From the NCBI GenBank assembly GCA_051294375.1, contig CM119264.1:2895575-2959574 (forward strand): 64,000 nucleotides of DNA. The letters run 5' to 3'. The stretch is from Paraspadella gotoi. Its lineage: Eukaryota; Animalia; Chaetognatha. This document shows positions 1 to 28,000 of this stretch, in pieces. Made by a program: the position numbers and the translations under genes. The notes under the pieces are model-generated. The model was not told the DNA's origin. It saw only the letters and a list, made by a program, of their open reading frames with translations, and ran no database searches. Every line of letters starts with the position of its first letter. Within the stretch, counting starts at the first letter, position 1.

Positions 1-39
1 AAATTTTGTGCATAAAGAAAGAGAGGGAGAGGAGAGAGA

Positions 40-288
40 GACAGAGCAAAGTTTCCAACACAGAGTTTGAGAGAAAGGATAGTGATCAATTATTAGGGAC
101 AGGTGAAGGTGAGGACAGAGATAGTTTGTGAAAAGAAAATTGAAATGGAGAGAGAGAGAGAAAGAGTGAGTGAGAGACTAAGGGGACAACATTTGTAGAC
201 CCATAGTTCCCTTGCATCCATCCATCAATCCATCTAACAATCCATCCATCCTTGCCCACGATTCCTGACTCAAAACTTTGACTTTTAA
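40..288. repeat. Interspersed repeat fragment (family also at ~22200-22290 and inverted at ~29810-29912)
   Basis: 185-285 (GACAACATTTGTAGACCCATAGTTCCCTTGCATCCATCCATC...TTGCCCACGATTCC) is a diverged reverse complement of 29812-29910; 40-120 (GTTTCCAACA...GGACAGGTGAAGGT) recurs at ~22225-22285. Confidence 0.65.
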
Positions 289-402
289 TGTTTTTAATAG
301 TACTATCGGTACTATCGGTAGTTTATCAACGTGTGGACCGATAGAAAATTAATTCAAAAGCAAAAGTAATCCGAAATTGGTTTTCAATAATCACTTCATC
401 AG

Positions 403-17916
<17,514 letters not shown>

Positions 17917-18674
17917 CTCTGACTTTGCGACAGGAGGATCCGGCCTTGGATCTTTAGCAGTTTAAAATCCGACAGAGGGGGCAGCGAGAAGGTGGGGATT
18001 TTCGTCTTCAGTGCCAAACCGACGAAGAATCACCATGGAAGCGCGATCTCGAGGAAACAAAAATTTATTGTGAAAAAGAATTTCGAATTTTCGTGAAGGT
18101 TCTTCCGCGTCGAATTTTGTAAAAAAAAAAAAACAAACAAAAAAAACGAACCGAGCTTGTTTGAGTTATGACGACAATGTGACGAGTTCTATTGTGTTAT
18201 TTAGTCTTCGGACTTTTAGTACTACGAGATATTTGTGATATTTGACGTCTTTTTTTTCTGCTTCGAACGTGCTAACGTTGTAAGATAAAAATAGTATAAT
18301 TTAATCATGTGCTAGAGATAAACAAGATTACGTTTCGGTATTTTTTAATCGACACGCTTTCGCCACTGTAAATTCTTTCAGCATTTCTAGAGCGAATTCA
18401 TTTTTAATCAGTGGTGCGAATTAAAATTTTATCACCCAACTTTTAGCGCAATCCCCTTGGTTTTTTTTTAAATTTTGCCCTCGTTCCTATTTTGTAAAAT
18501 TTAATAATAAATTTGAGCCAACCAGTTTTCAACTTGTGACGTTTTATTTGCTTCTTATTACTTTTTTAATTTTCATCCTGCGATTTTGATAAAAAAAAAA
18601 AAAAGAGGGAGGGAAAAAATAAATAAACTGTCCGTACATATCTTTTCTTCGTTGAATCTGTCCCTCCCACTCAC

Positions 18675-19660
18675 CCGCCCCACACTTTTTTGTGTCCTTG
18701 ACACTCGCGCCTCCCCCCCCCACATTCCCCGTCGTGGTCGTCCACGTCGCCGTTCTTAACGCTGCGGCGGCGGCGGCGGTGGCAGCGGCGTCCGGGACGG
18801 AAACGGAAAATCCTCGTACGCGAAGCGACACCCGCAAGAAGACTCGCAGCTCTCCGCCGCCCTAAACGAAATTCGATTTCCGTTGGCGGCGGTGTTAGGG
18901 GTGGTTGCGGCGTCGGCGTGATAATCCGGCAAGAGTGATGAGGATTCATTGGGAGAGACAGAGAAGGAGACGGGGGGGGGGGGAAGCGAAGCGTAGATTG
19001 ACGAGGGGAAATGAGAGAGCGAGAGAGCGGGATAATGGAATTCGAGGGGATCGTTTAACCATTAGTTATTGGCAGTCGCACGAACGAGAGAGAGAGAGAG
19101 AGCCAAAGAGAGAGAGAGATCAACGGCCGGTTTTTAATTTAGAAACTTTTTTTTTCTTTACTGCTTCCGACCGGAGCCGAGTTTGAAGCCTCGCGTTCCT
19201 GACTGCGAAGCTTAATGTTCTGTTTATCCAATTAGGGTTATGGAGACGAGGGAGGACGACGGGGGACGGATGGACGGACAGACAGACGCACGACGCTTAG
19301 ACAGAGAGAGAGAGCGCGACCATCGACGACGTTTTAACGTTCCTCGGGACGGGGAAAAGAGCGCGCGTTCCAACTCGCGTTTCAAACGAGGGAAATGGAA
19401 CGACAAAAAAATATATATATATATTTACGTTGACACTTGTTGGACAATTATAATTAATGTATATAATAGTTCATGGTTCCTTCATTCCGCTAAATTGTTT
19501 AACGCGCGCGGTTGAATTCTCTTATCTCAATCGGTTTTTGCCATTGGTAGATTCACAACCTTAAGTTAACCTTTTTTTTGGGGGGTTCACCCTTGTCCAT
19601 GAGATTATATCATTATTACGATTTAATCATCTCGATTATAAATCAAATCATCACCTGACG

Positions 19661-19701
<41 letters not shown>

Positions 19702-20182
19702 GATTTAATCATCTCGATTATAAATCAAATCATCACCTGACGTTCAACTCGCAAAACTTGCAGTGACCGATAATTCGCGACTCGGAGACGTCCGCCCTCA
19801 GGCTGTCGTTGTTGTTGTTGACGTTGTTGTGGGTCCAGTTGATCTTTTTCCTTCTGTTTTCGTTTTCGTCGTCGGCGTCGTTCTCGTTCTCGGCCTCCTC
19901 CGCCGCTTTCCTGGCCGCCTCCTCCGCCGCGTCGGCCCGCAGAGCCATGAGTCGTGCCAGTTCGCGCTTGTGCGGAGCCGTGCAAGGCAGGGTCGTGGGA
20001 ACGCCTCGATAGGGAGAAAGAATGTCGCGGGTTAATGAGCTGAAACGAAAATTATCTTACGTAACCTGTATGCTACAGTTAGAATCGCTTGTGGACGCAA
20101 CTTTTAAAATATATGCAGCTCTACAGAAGTGCTTCAGACTATTGTCGTCTGTCGTCTCCGGTGCAATTACATAGTTTGAATA
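18675..20182 (-). CDS. Putative exons of an unidentified gene: 20182-20061, 20004-19737, 18861-18675 (ends unresolved)
   Basis: Islands bounded by AG acceptors (TTTTAG, weak GAG, TTTAG) and GTAAGA/GTGATG/GTGAGT donors; phases 0-2, 2-0, 0-1 give one open frame (YSNYVIAPETT..RLRVANYRSLQVLRVERQ-GGGELRVFLRVSLRVRGF..). No family recognised. Confidence 0.4.
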
Positions 20183-20581
20183 CTAAAATTTAACTGATAA
20201 CTAACTACATGTAGTATGTATAATATGTATACAAAGTCCCCGAGGATGACCTTAGCTCGACGCTCTTCACTCGCGATATCTAGTCTAATAATCAACCTTC
20301 TTAATAACCAACAACGAAGAAACTCGATGACATAAAAACAAAAGAATTTCGTTTTACGACGCCGACGACGAAGCGTTTCTCTCTCGTTTCCGCCCCGCTC
20401 GGTCTTAATGTCACGCCAGGACGACATTCGTTACGCCCCTTTCCTCCCCCCCTCAGTTTTCTCGATCGTCGCGGGAAACGAGGCCTCGTTCATTTCGCCA
20501 CTTCGCTTAACGACTTTTATGGCGGGAGTTTTTTTTTTTAAAAAAGGGCCGCTACGTGGCGCGATGATACGGCGATCATGT

Positions 20582-20591
20582 CGCCATCTTG
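20582..20591 (-). promoter_or_regulatory. YY1-type motif CAAGATGGCG in a CpG-rich patch, candidate promoter/5' UTR of the 18.7-20.2 kb minus-strand gene
   Basis: Plus strand CGCCATCTTG at 20582-20591; motif match only. Confidence 0.25.
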
Positions 20592-20911
20592 AGCCATCAT
20601 TACGGCCTTAAAAAACAAGGTGTCAGGGGCTCAGATTTCTTTTTAAACGAGCGATTTTGCGGCTTGTTTCACCGACCGGGATTTTGCGGTCGGTTATTTG
20701 TTTTTTGTTTCGAAATCACGTTACGGAAAAATAAAAAAAAGATGGGTAACTTTACTATTTGACGTCAGTAACCTATCTTAATTACTAACGGTCGGTGGTT
20801 TGTTAATCCATTGTTTTGTTTTCCTTCTAGCGTCGTTTCAGTTTGGGCATTAATACATAATTTTTTTGCGCAGTAATATGAATTTTTGTTAAGTTTTATA
20901 AAGAAAATAAA

Positions 20912-20958
20912 TTTCGGATATGTTTCGGCTTCAATGTAAGCCTTCATCAGCGCAAAAA
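20912..20958 (-). ncRNA. Minimal type I hammerhead ribozyme motif (Penelope-type), stem III mutated
   Basis: Minus strand TTTTGCG CTGATGA A GGCTT acattg AAGCC GAAA CATATC CGAAA: intact CUGAUGA/GAAA core, 5-bp stem II; stem III ACAUAU instead of ACAUGU. Confidence 0.75.
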
Positions 20959-21020
20959 CGAATTGACTGAAAGTCTGTGAAAATATTTTTTTCATATTTC
21001 TAAGTCTATGAAAATATTTG

Positions 21021-21067
21021 TTTTTGCGCTGATAAAAGCTTAAGCTTAAGCCAAAGCATGTCCAAAA
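21021..21067 (+). ncRNA. Degenerate hammerhead copy (core mutated, probably inactive)
   Basis: TTTTTGCG CTGATAA AAGCTTAAGCTTAAGCC AAAG CATGTC: homologous to 20912-20958 but CUGAUAA and AAAG replace the conserved core. Confidence 0.5.
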
Positions 21068-21331
21068 TTTGTTTTTTAATCAAACTTTTTGTACGTAAAA
21101 CAATTTATTTTTTGATACAAATAAATAATTATGAAATGAATGAAAAATAAATAATATTTTGTTATATTTTATAAACGGTTAGCAATTAGGTTAAAGGTGA
21201 TTAGTGGTTAGGGGTGGTTAGGGATTAGGGGTAATAAGGTTTAGGGGAGGTTTTGAAATGAAATTTGTAATAAAAATTTTTTCTACTTTTACCAGCGTTT
21301 TTTTTTTTTAAATTTTTCATAATAAGATTTT

Positions 21332-21507
21332 GGGTTGATTTTACTTTCGCCGACCGGGGTTAGGGAGGGGTTAGGGTTAAAGGTGGTTTAGGGTTAGGGG
21401 TGATTAAGGTTAGGTTAATTGACTAAATTAAAAAAAAAAATTAAATATTTTTAAATGGTTTTTTAAAAAACCGGCCAAACCGCGGTCAGCGAAAGTAGAA
21501 TTTAGCC
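21332..21507. mobile_element. 176-bp MITE-like insert with TTAGGG-like interior
   Basis: Imperfect ~30-bp TIRs GGGTTGATTTTACTTTCGCCGACCGGGGTT / AACCGCGGTCAGCGAAAGTAGAATTTAGCC with an identical 8-bp flank AAGATTTT on both sides (21324-21331, 21508-21515), read as a TSD. Confidence 0.65.
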
Positions 21508-21892
21508 AAGATTTTTGTGATTCATAAAAACAAATCACCGACGGTAAAATCCCGGTTGGTGAATGTAAGGTTAAAAAATGTTATTACAAATTTTATTTCG
21601 AAACCTCCCCTTAGTCCCCTTACCCTAACTACCAATAATCCTTAATTACCCCTAATCCTTAATTACCCCTAATCCTTAACCACTCTTAACCCAATTGTTA
21701 AGTGTTTAAAAAATATAACATAAAAATTTTATTTTTCCTTTCATTTTGTTGCGTTATTTGTTTGAGGTGTTTGTTTATGCGCTACGGGTTTTATTAAGAA
21801 ACATAAATTTCAGACATGTTTTGGTTTTAATGTAATTTAAAAGTTTTAAGTGAGAAAGTTTGTAAAAATATTTGTTTCACAAATCAATTTGT

Positions 21893-21940
21893 TTTTTGCG
21901 CTGATGAAGGCTTACATTGAAACTGAAACATGTCCGAAAT
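21893..21940 (+). ncRNA. Minimal type I hammerhead ribozyme motif, predicted GUC cleavage after 21934
   Basis: TTTTTGCG CTGATGA AGGCTTACATTGAAACT GAAA CATGTC CGAAA: intact core, palindromic stem III ACAUGU, weakened stem II. Confidence 0.75.
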
Positions 21941-22085
21941 TTATGTTTCTTAATAAAGCTCGTAAACGTAAACAAATAATTCATTTTTTACCTAAAACAT
22001 TGTGTATAAACTATCGATTTCGTTGCGTTTTGAAATTTAGGAGAAAAAACAATTTATTTGTTTTTATCAACGAATTGTTTTATTA

Positions 22086-22132
22086 TTAATACATGTTTCG
22101 ACTCTTGAGTTTTAGAGTCTTCATCAGTTATG
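22086..22132 (-). ncRNA. Minimal type I hammerhead ribozyme of a second sequence family, apparently intact (GUA triplet)
   Basis: Minus strand CATAA CTGATGA A GACTCT aaaactca AGAGTC GAAA CATGT A TTA: core intact, perfect 6-bp stem II, palindromic ACAUGU stem III, short stem I TAA/TTA. Confidence 0.8.
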
Positions 22133-22577
22133 ACAATCAATAATTTTACTCTCTCTCTCTCTTTAACATTAGGTTAGAGAGAGAGAGAGAGAGGAGAAGA
22201 GAGAAGAGACAGACAGAAAAAGAGGGAGTTTCCAACAAAGAATTGAGCAAAGGACTGTGGTCAGATATGAGGACAGGTGAAGGTAAGATCAGGTGAAGAA
22301 GTAAGTTGGGTGAAAAATACCTAAAACATAAAATAGCAATTAAAATAAATTTAAAACTATTATTATTAATTATAAAATTGTAAAATTTATATTACTGCCT
22401 AAAAAATATATATTACTGCGCAAACTGAGATTCGACGCTAGAAGGAAAACAAAATTAAATGGATTAACAAAGCACCGGCCGTTGGTAACTAAGGTTGGTT
22501 GCGTAAAGTTACCCGATTTTCGATACCACGATTCCCCCCCCCCCGGTTCGTAATCCTTACCCGCCTCAGTAACTTAC

Positions 22578-23412
22578 CGAACATTTCCGGTACGAGATTT
22601 TCCACCGGGTAAGTGTGGATAAAGAAGGCGAGGATTAGCGAGTAAAGCGGCAGCAGGTAATGTCGAGTCGTGTAGGGGCAAAGGTCAGCCAGCGAGATCA
22701 TGAGGTGCATTTGTCTGTACATCAACCAGAAGTAGATGGGCAGCGCCAACAAGGGCATACCCACCTGTTTAAAGGAGAAAAGCTTTATCACATTGCCCAA
22801 AATGTTTTGAATTTGCTTGAAAAAAACCAAGCGTTATAGAATTACAGGAAAAAACGAGTGTAACCATTATTGATTGACTTAATTTACCCTCATCAACGTT
22901 TGCAGACACCATCGCTCCACTGGAAACTTGTGAATATCCCTCGCCAGTTGGCAGAGCCTAAAAAAAAGAAATCAGTCCTTTTGGGGGTGGGACTAGTTTT
23001 TGTGAATTCGTGACTTTCCCTTATTCGACTTGAAATCTAGTGCATCTTTGAAAAAAAAAATTTTAAGGAATCTCCGTCATCATTGCGTCGCGTTTCCCTT
23101 CACCCCTTTCTCCCCTTAACCTCTCTCCACCCCACCGCTCCCCATTTCTCCCCTTAACCACTCTCCACCCCCCACCTCCCCTCACCGAAAAAAGATGAGA
23201 ATAGTCGAGACGAGCGGCGCGAATTCGATCCCCGACAAGCGATGATGATGAAGTTGGTTTGACTTAGCAAAACCGGAAGCGAAATTCCCGCCACCATCGG
23301 CATCGTCGTCGCTTAGGGGTAAGGGGCGGTCCGGACGCGACCGACCGACCGATACGCCGACCAAAAAGGCGGAAATCGGCCGCCGGAAGAGAGAAATAAA
23401 GCGAGGACGAGG
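22578..23412 (-). CDS. Small multi-pass membrane protein, partial (exons ~23412-23186, 22957-22888, 22764-22578); weak resemblance to TMEM251/LYSET
   Basis: GT-AG introns join to ..GIEFAPLVSTILIFFR-LCQLARDIHKFPVERWCLQTLMR-VGMPLLALPIYFWLMYRQMHLMISLADLCPYTTRHYLLPLYSLILAFFIHTYPVENLVPEMF; hydrophobic segments and coding-like codon use. Start and last exon unresolved. Confidence 0.6.
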
Positions 23413-25040
23413 CTACCGTGTCGTAGAGTCGGTAACCGCCTTTTGTTTGACGTTAGTTTTCGTGTCGGCCGCTAGGGAACGAAATCGTAAATTTGAAAAC
23501 AGAAATTGTTTTCTTTTTTATGTGTTGCCTGTAAGAGTTAAGCGTTATCTAAATATTAGCTATTTAATTTATTCATTAATCAAGGACCCCATTAACCGGC
23601 CCAATTTGATGAAGACATTTGCGACAACTCTATTTGACATGTAACGATAAATGGCAGAAATGATTGCCGGTCAAGAAATTTCAATAAAGATTCTTATCTC
23701 GTATCGCATATCTCATCTCTTTTGCCGCACGGAACCCAACCTTTAGTGGAACATTAAAGCATTAAGACATACCACGTAAAAACTATCCACCTTTGGCGAA
23801 AAATGGACTGCAATTAAAAGATTAAAGCCTGTAATAAGAGCTCTTAATTAATTTATTTAATGATAAAACTATTAGTTGAAAATAAATATCCACGCCTCTC
23901 ATTCTTCTCTCTCCCAATCCTACAGATTTCGCTCTTTTGACTGACGGAAGATAATTCCGTTCCTCGCCCAAAAAAAAAGGGCATAAACCCTCTCGCCCTT
24001 TTCTCTCTTTTTCTTGTCACAAACGTCAGTGAATTCGTTTTCCGTTTCCTCTTCCAATCGAATCTTCTGCAGCCGCCCACCCACTCCGCCCCGCCCTCTA
24101 ACCCCCTTGTTTTTCCCCTCCTTTCCATCTCTCCTCTCTCCTTCTTTTTTTCTTTCTTCCTTGAATTCCTTTTTCTATCCCTTTTTTTTTCTTTTTCTGT
24201 CCAGCTCATTTTTCAACTTTCCTCCTTTTTTTTCAGTCACTGGTTTCCCTTTTCTTTTTTTTTTTCATTCACGTTTCTATCCTTTGAGGTCAATTTCGAC
24301 CTTTCTAGGCTTTTTTCCCCGCTTTCTCTTTTTTCCCTTTTCTGTCTATGAATTTGCTTCACTTTGGTATTTCAAATTTTAAAAAAAAGTAAATTCTTTT
24401 CTCCGTTCCTTTTCTCCACTTGTTTTCCTTCTCATCAAAACCTTTCCAACGCGTTCACCTTTCCTTTCTTTTTCCTTCCCCTTCCTTGTCTCCTTTCCTC
24501 TTTTCTCCTTTCTCTCCCTGAGGGGGCCTTTTAGCGTCTATCGATCGCCGGGAGCCGGGTTCGTATCAGTGGCCCCGAATGTTGTTTCGAGGAAAAACCC
24601 GTTGGGGGTCACGAAATGCCGTTTTTTTTTCGGCTGCGGCGGGCGCGCGGCTTTCTCTCTCTCTTGCTCCAGCGGCAGCGGCGGTTAAGCGGCGGGAACT
24701 CAGCCGCGGCAGAGGATTTTCTTTACGCGCAGCTGTTCGATATCCAAGCGACGAAGGAAACCAAAATTCAAAACTGTTTCTGAATATTATCTCTCCCGGG
24801 AGAAAACAATGTCGCGTGTTAAGGAATGAAAAAAATAATCCTCGCACGAAAATTACGTATTTTGGGGATTTTGGAAATTACGAAATGATTTGTAAAATGT
24901 ATAGAAATATTTTTATTTAATACGAAAGGTTTAATTAATATAATTTTCCTTTTTCAAATTTTAGTGTCAAGAGTCAAATTTGTCTCTAGTTGGAAATTGT
25001 TCCCAAATCGGTTGAGGAACTAAATAAAACCTGTTACGCC

Positions 25041-28000
25041 ATGGCCGCCACTTCGGGCCTTCTACGCATCGGGTTCGACAGCAAAGGACTTCCCGCTTTG
25101 TATCTGCAAAACTCAAAATCGAAACAAAACCTGCAGACCAGTCAAAACAATCAAAATAAACGAAACAATCATACAAAACCAAACTTTGGAGTCAAAAACA
25201 ATGTTGCTCGATCGGGGCCGGCGACGAAATCGCGCGCTGCCCTCGTCGCGACGCCCTCGAATGGAACCAAGACTCCGGCGCCGCGCCGGACGCCCGCCCT
25301 CAAACCCGGCACCGGAAAATCGACCGGAAACGGGGCCGGTGGATACGCACCGACGTCTATGGAACCTCAGATACGGCCGAACGCCTATACCAACGCCGGT
25401 AGTGATCCCATCGAAAAGGCGGCGCCATCTCGAACGGGAAACTACACCGCCGACGTCATTTCGAAACCGGAAACGAGTGTCGCCCCCGCCACGCCTCCTC
25501 GTCCGCCTCCGCCCGCCCTGACCCTGGCCGAGAAGAAGCGCCTACAATGGGAAGAGGAGCGACGCCAAGCGGCCGTTCTCCTTCAACAGGAAAAACAAAA
25601 GGCCAACAACGTCTTCAACGATTCGGCGCCGGCGGCGATGAGGGCCTCGTTCGCGCTCGCCGACGCCGTCGTGGATGACGCCGGATGGAAAGGTCGCGGC
25701 GGCGTCGGCGTGGAGAGGAGAGAGAAGACGATGGAGAGGGTGTTGGAGCAAGAAGAGACGACGACGCCGACGACGACGACGACGACGAAACTGTCCCCTC
25801 CGCCTCCCGCTATGAGAAGCTCCTTCACTCTTGGAGATCCGAATCCCTGGGCAGAGAAATACGAGGATGTGAAGGAGGCAAAGAGGAGAGAATGGTTGAG
25901 AGATTTGGAGGAACAGAGGAAAGGAAAGGAGGAAGAGAGAAAGAGAGAGAAGAGGGAGGAAAAGAGTGGAGGAAACGAGGAAGGATTCACCTCTGACCAT
26001 CTCGTCTCTTCACCCAGAGCCACCTTCGGACGCGGTCAGGGTCTCAGAGAAATCACTGGCCGAGGCGGCGCCGTCGACGCCGACAAGGACGCCGCCAACG
26101 CAGACTACAAGGAGGCGTTGCGACGCCAAGTGGAGGAGAGAAGACAAGAGCGATTGAGAGATGAGGAGCTAAAGAAAGAAGAGGAGCGAAAAGAAGAGGA
26201 GCGAGTTGAAAGAGAACGGGAGCGGCTTCGTCGACAGTTCGAGGAAGAACGAGATCGAGGTCGGGCGGAAGCGGCGAAGCGGGCGGCGGCTTTGGCGGCG
26301 CTGGAGGCGGCTAGAGACGCCGCCGCCAGGGACGCCCTCGAGCGGAAGAGGCGTCTCGACGCCGAGAAACAAAAGACGCGCGAGCGGCGACGGAGCGAAG
26401 AGGAGGAGTCGGTTTATCGTCAAAGCGGAACGGAGTTTGTTTACAAACAAGAGAGCAACGCCTTATCGTCAACGAACCAGAGGAGAGACCAGAGGAGAGA
26501 CCGGGACGTGTACGACCCGGCGCGACCGGCGTTCTCGGAGAGACGTTTCCCGGTTGCCGAGTTATCGGCGCCGGAAAATCGATTCGAGGTCAAGAAGACG
26601 AGGATACGAGGAGACGACGACGACAACAACGACGACGACATCTTCAGAGTCTTGGAGAGAGAATCGAGCGACGTCATCGAATGGCGAATTCGTTCGCCGC
26701 AGCGTGACGTCGCTGGCGTCGCCGCCCGTGACGCTCGTGGCGCCGAAAATGAGAAGCGGAGAGATAATGTCGGCGGCGCGGAAAGACGAGAAGCGAAAAG
26801 GACGACGACGACGACGACAATGAAGACGACGGTTGCGAAGATGAAGGATAAAAGGAATGCGGTTGCCGACTCGCTCGCGGTGCCGCCTGCCTCTTCTCCC
26901 AAAGGGGAACTCGGATCCAATCGCGGCGCCGCTTCGATTCGACGCCGCCCCAATCACCGCCACCTCTCACCCCGCCCACCCTCGCCACCCAACCAACCCG
27001 GCGTTTTCTTTTCACGCCGCCAAACGGAAAAAGGGGAAAACGAGAAGTCGAAGCGGAATTTCAAAAGGCGGGTTTTTCGCGAGGAGGAGGAGAAGGAGGA
27101 GGAGGAGGAGGAGGAGGGGAGAAGGGAGGGAGGAGGGAAGACGAGGGAGAGAAGGAGGGAGAAATTCTGGTTGACTGCGCAAGAAAAGATGACGCGGGAT
27201 GTGGAAGCCCGACGAAGGGAGGCGGCGGCGGCGGCGGCGGCGAGCGGGAAACGGGCCAATCAACCCAACGTCCCAGCGGTGGCGGCTGCGGCGACAAAGC
27301 CCGCTCGAGAAAAACAAAACGGTATACGTCGGCGCCCGGTTTCTCCCTCTTACGGCGACGCCGCCCGCCCGGCGTCTTTCCACGAACGGCGCCGTCGTCG
27401 ATCGCCGCCTCGTGACGCCGGTTCAGCGCCAATTCTGGCGCCGGTAGACGCGACGATTCCGGCGACGTTTCGCTCGTTCTTCGACGCCGATCCGGACGAG
27501 GACCACGCCCATGTCAGAGACACGCCCATCGTCGGGGTGGAGGCGCTACCGCTGCAGACGACGCTCGACGCTACATTCCGAGACGCCCTCTTCCGTTTGT
27601 CGCCGTCGCCGTCAAACGTTGCTCCAACCGTCGTCCCTTTCGTCCGCACGGCCGCCATCTTGGATCCAGGGCACGCCCAACTTCCCCTCGCTCCGTCTCG
27701 CGAGGCGTCGTCCGTCGTTCGCGCCCGCGACGCCTATCGTCACGGACTCGATCCCGGTTACCACGGAGACGCAGTCGGTGACGTCACGGGAGGAGAGAAC
27801 GTCGTCGTTGACGTCGTCGGCGAGGCGTCGACCAATGGGAAGGCGGAGCGAAGGAGGCGACGTCACGACGCGGGACTCTTAAAATTTATGCGGAGTGGAG
27901 AGAGAGAAAAGGGAATGGAAGCGAAGGACTGGGAGGAAGACGACAACAACAACGACGACGACGACGCCAAAAAACGATTACTCCGAGTTTTGAAGCGAAT

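Larger units (their letters stand above)
20744..22514. mobile_element. Non-autonomous nested foldback element with hammerhead motifs and telomere-like tracts
   Basis: Perfect 12-bp terminal inverted repeat GGGTAACTTTAC (20744-20755) / GTAAAGTTACCC (22503-22514), flanked by GAT on both sides; imperfect inverted arms 20767-20850 vs 22418-22502, 20885-20995 vs 21865-21965, ~21055-21280 vs ~21573-21820. No ORF. Confidence 0.75.

Noticed and set aside
19737-19775. HCKFCELNVR as part of a DHHC palmitoyltransferase (ZDHHC23-like)
   Set aside because: No preceding CxxC-x-RP motif, and I found no downstream minus-strand exon encoding DHHC.
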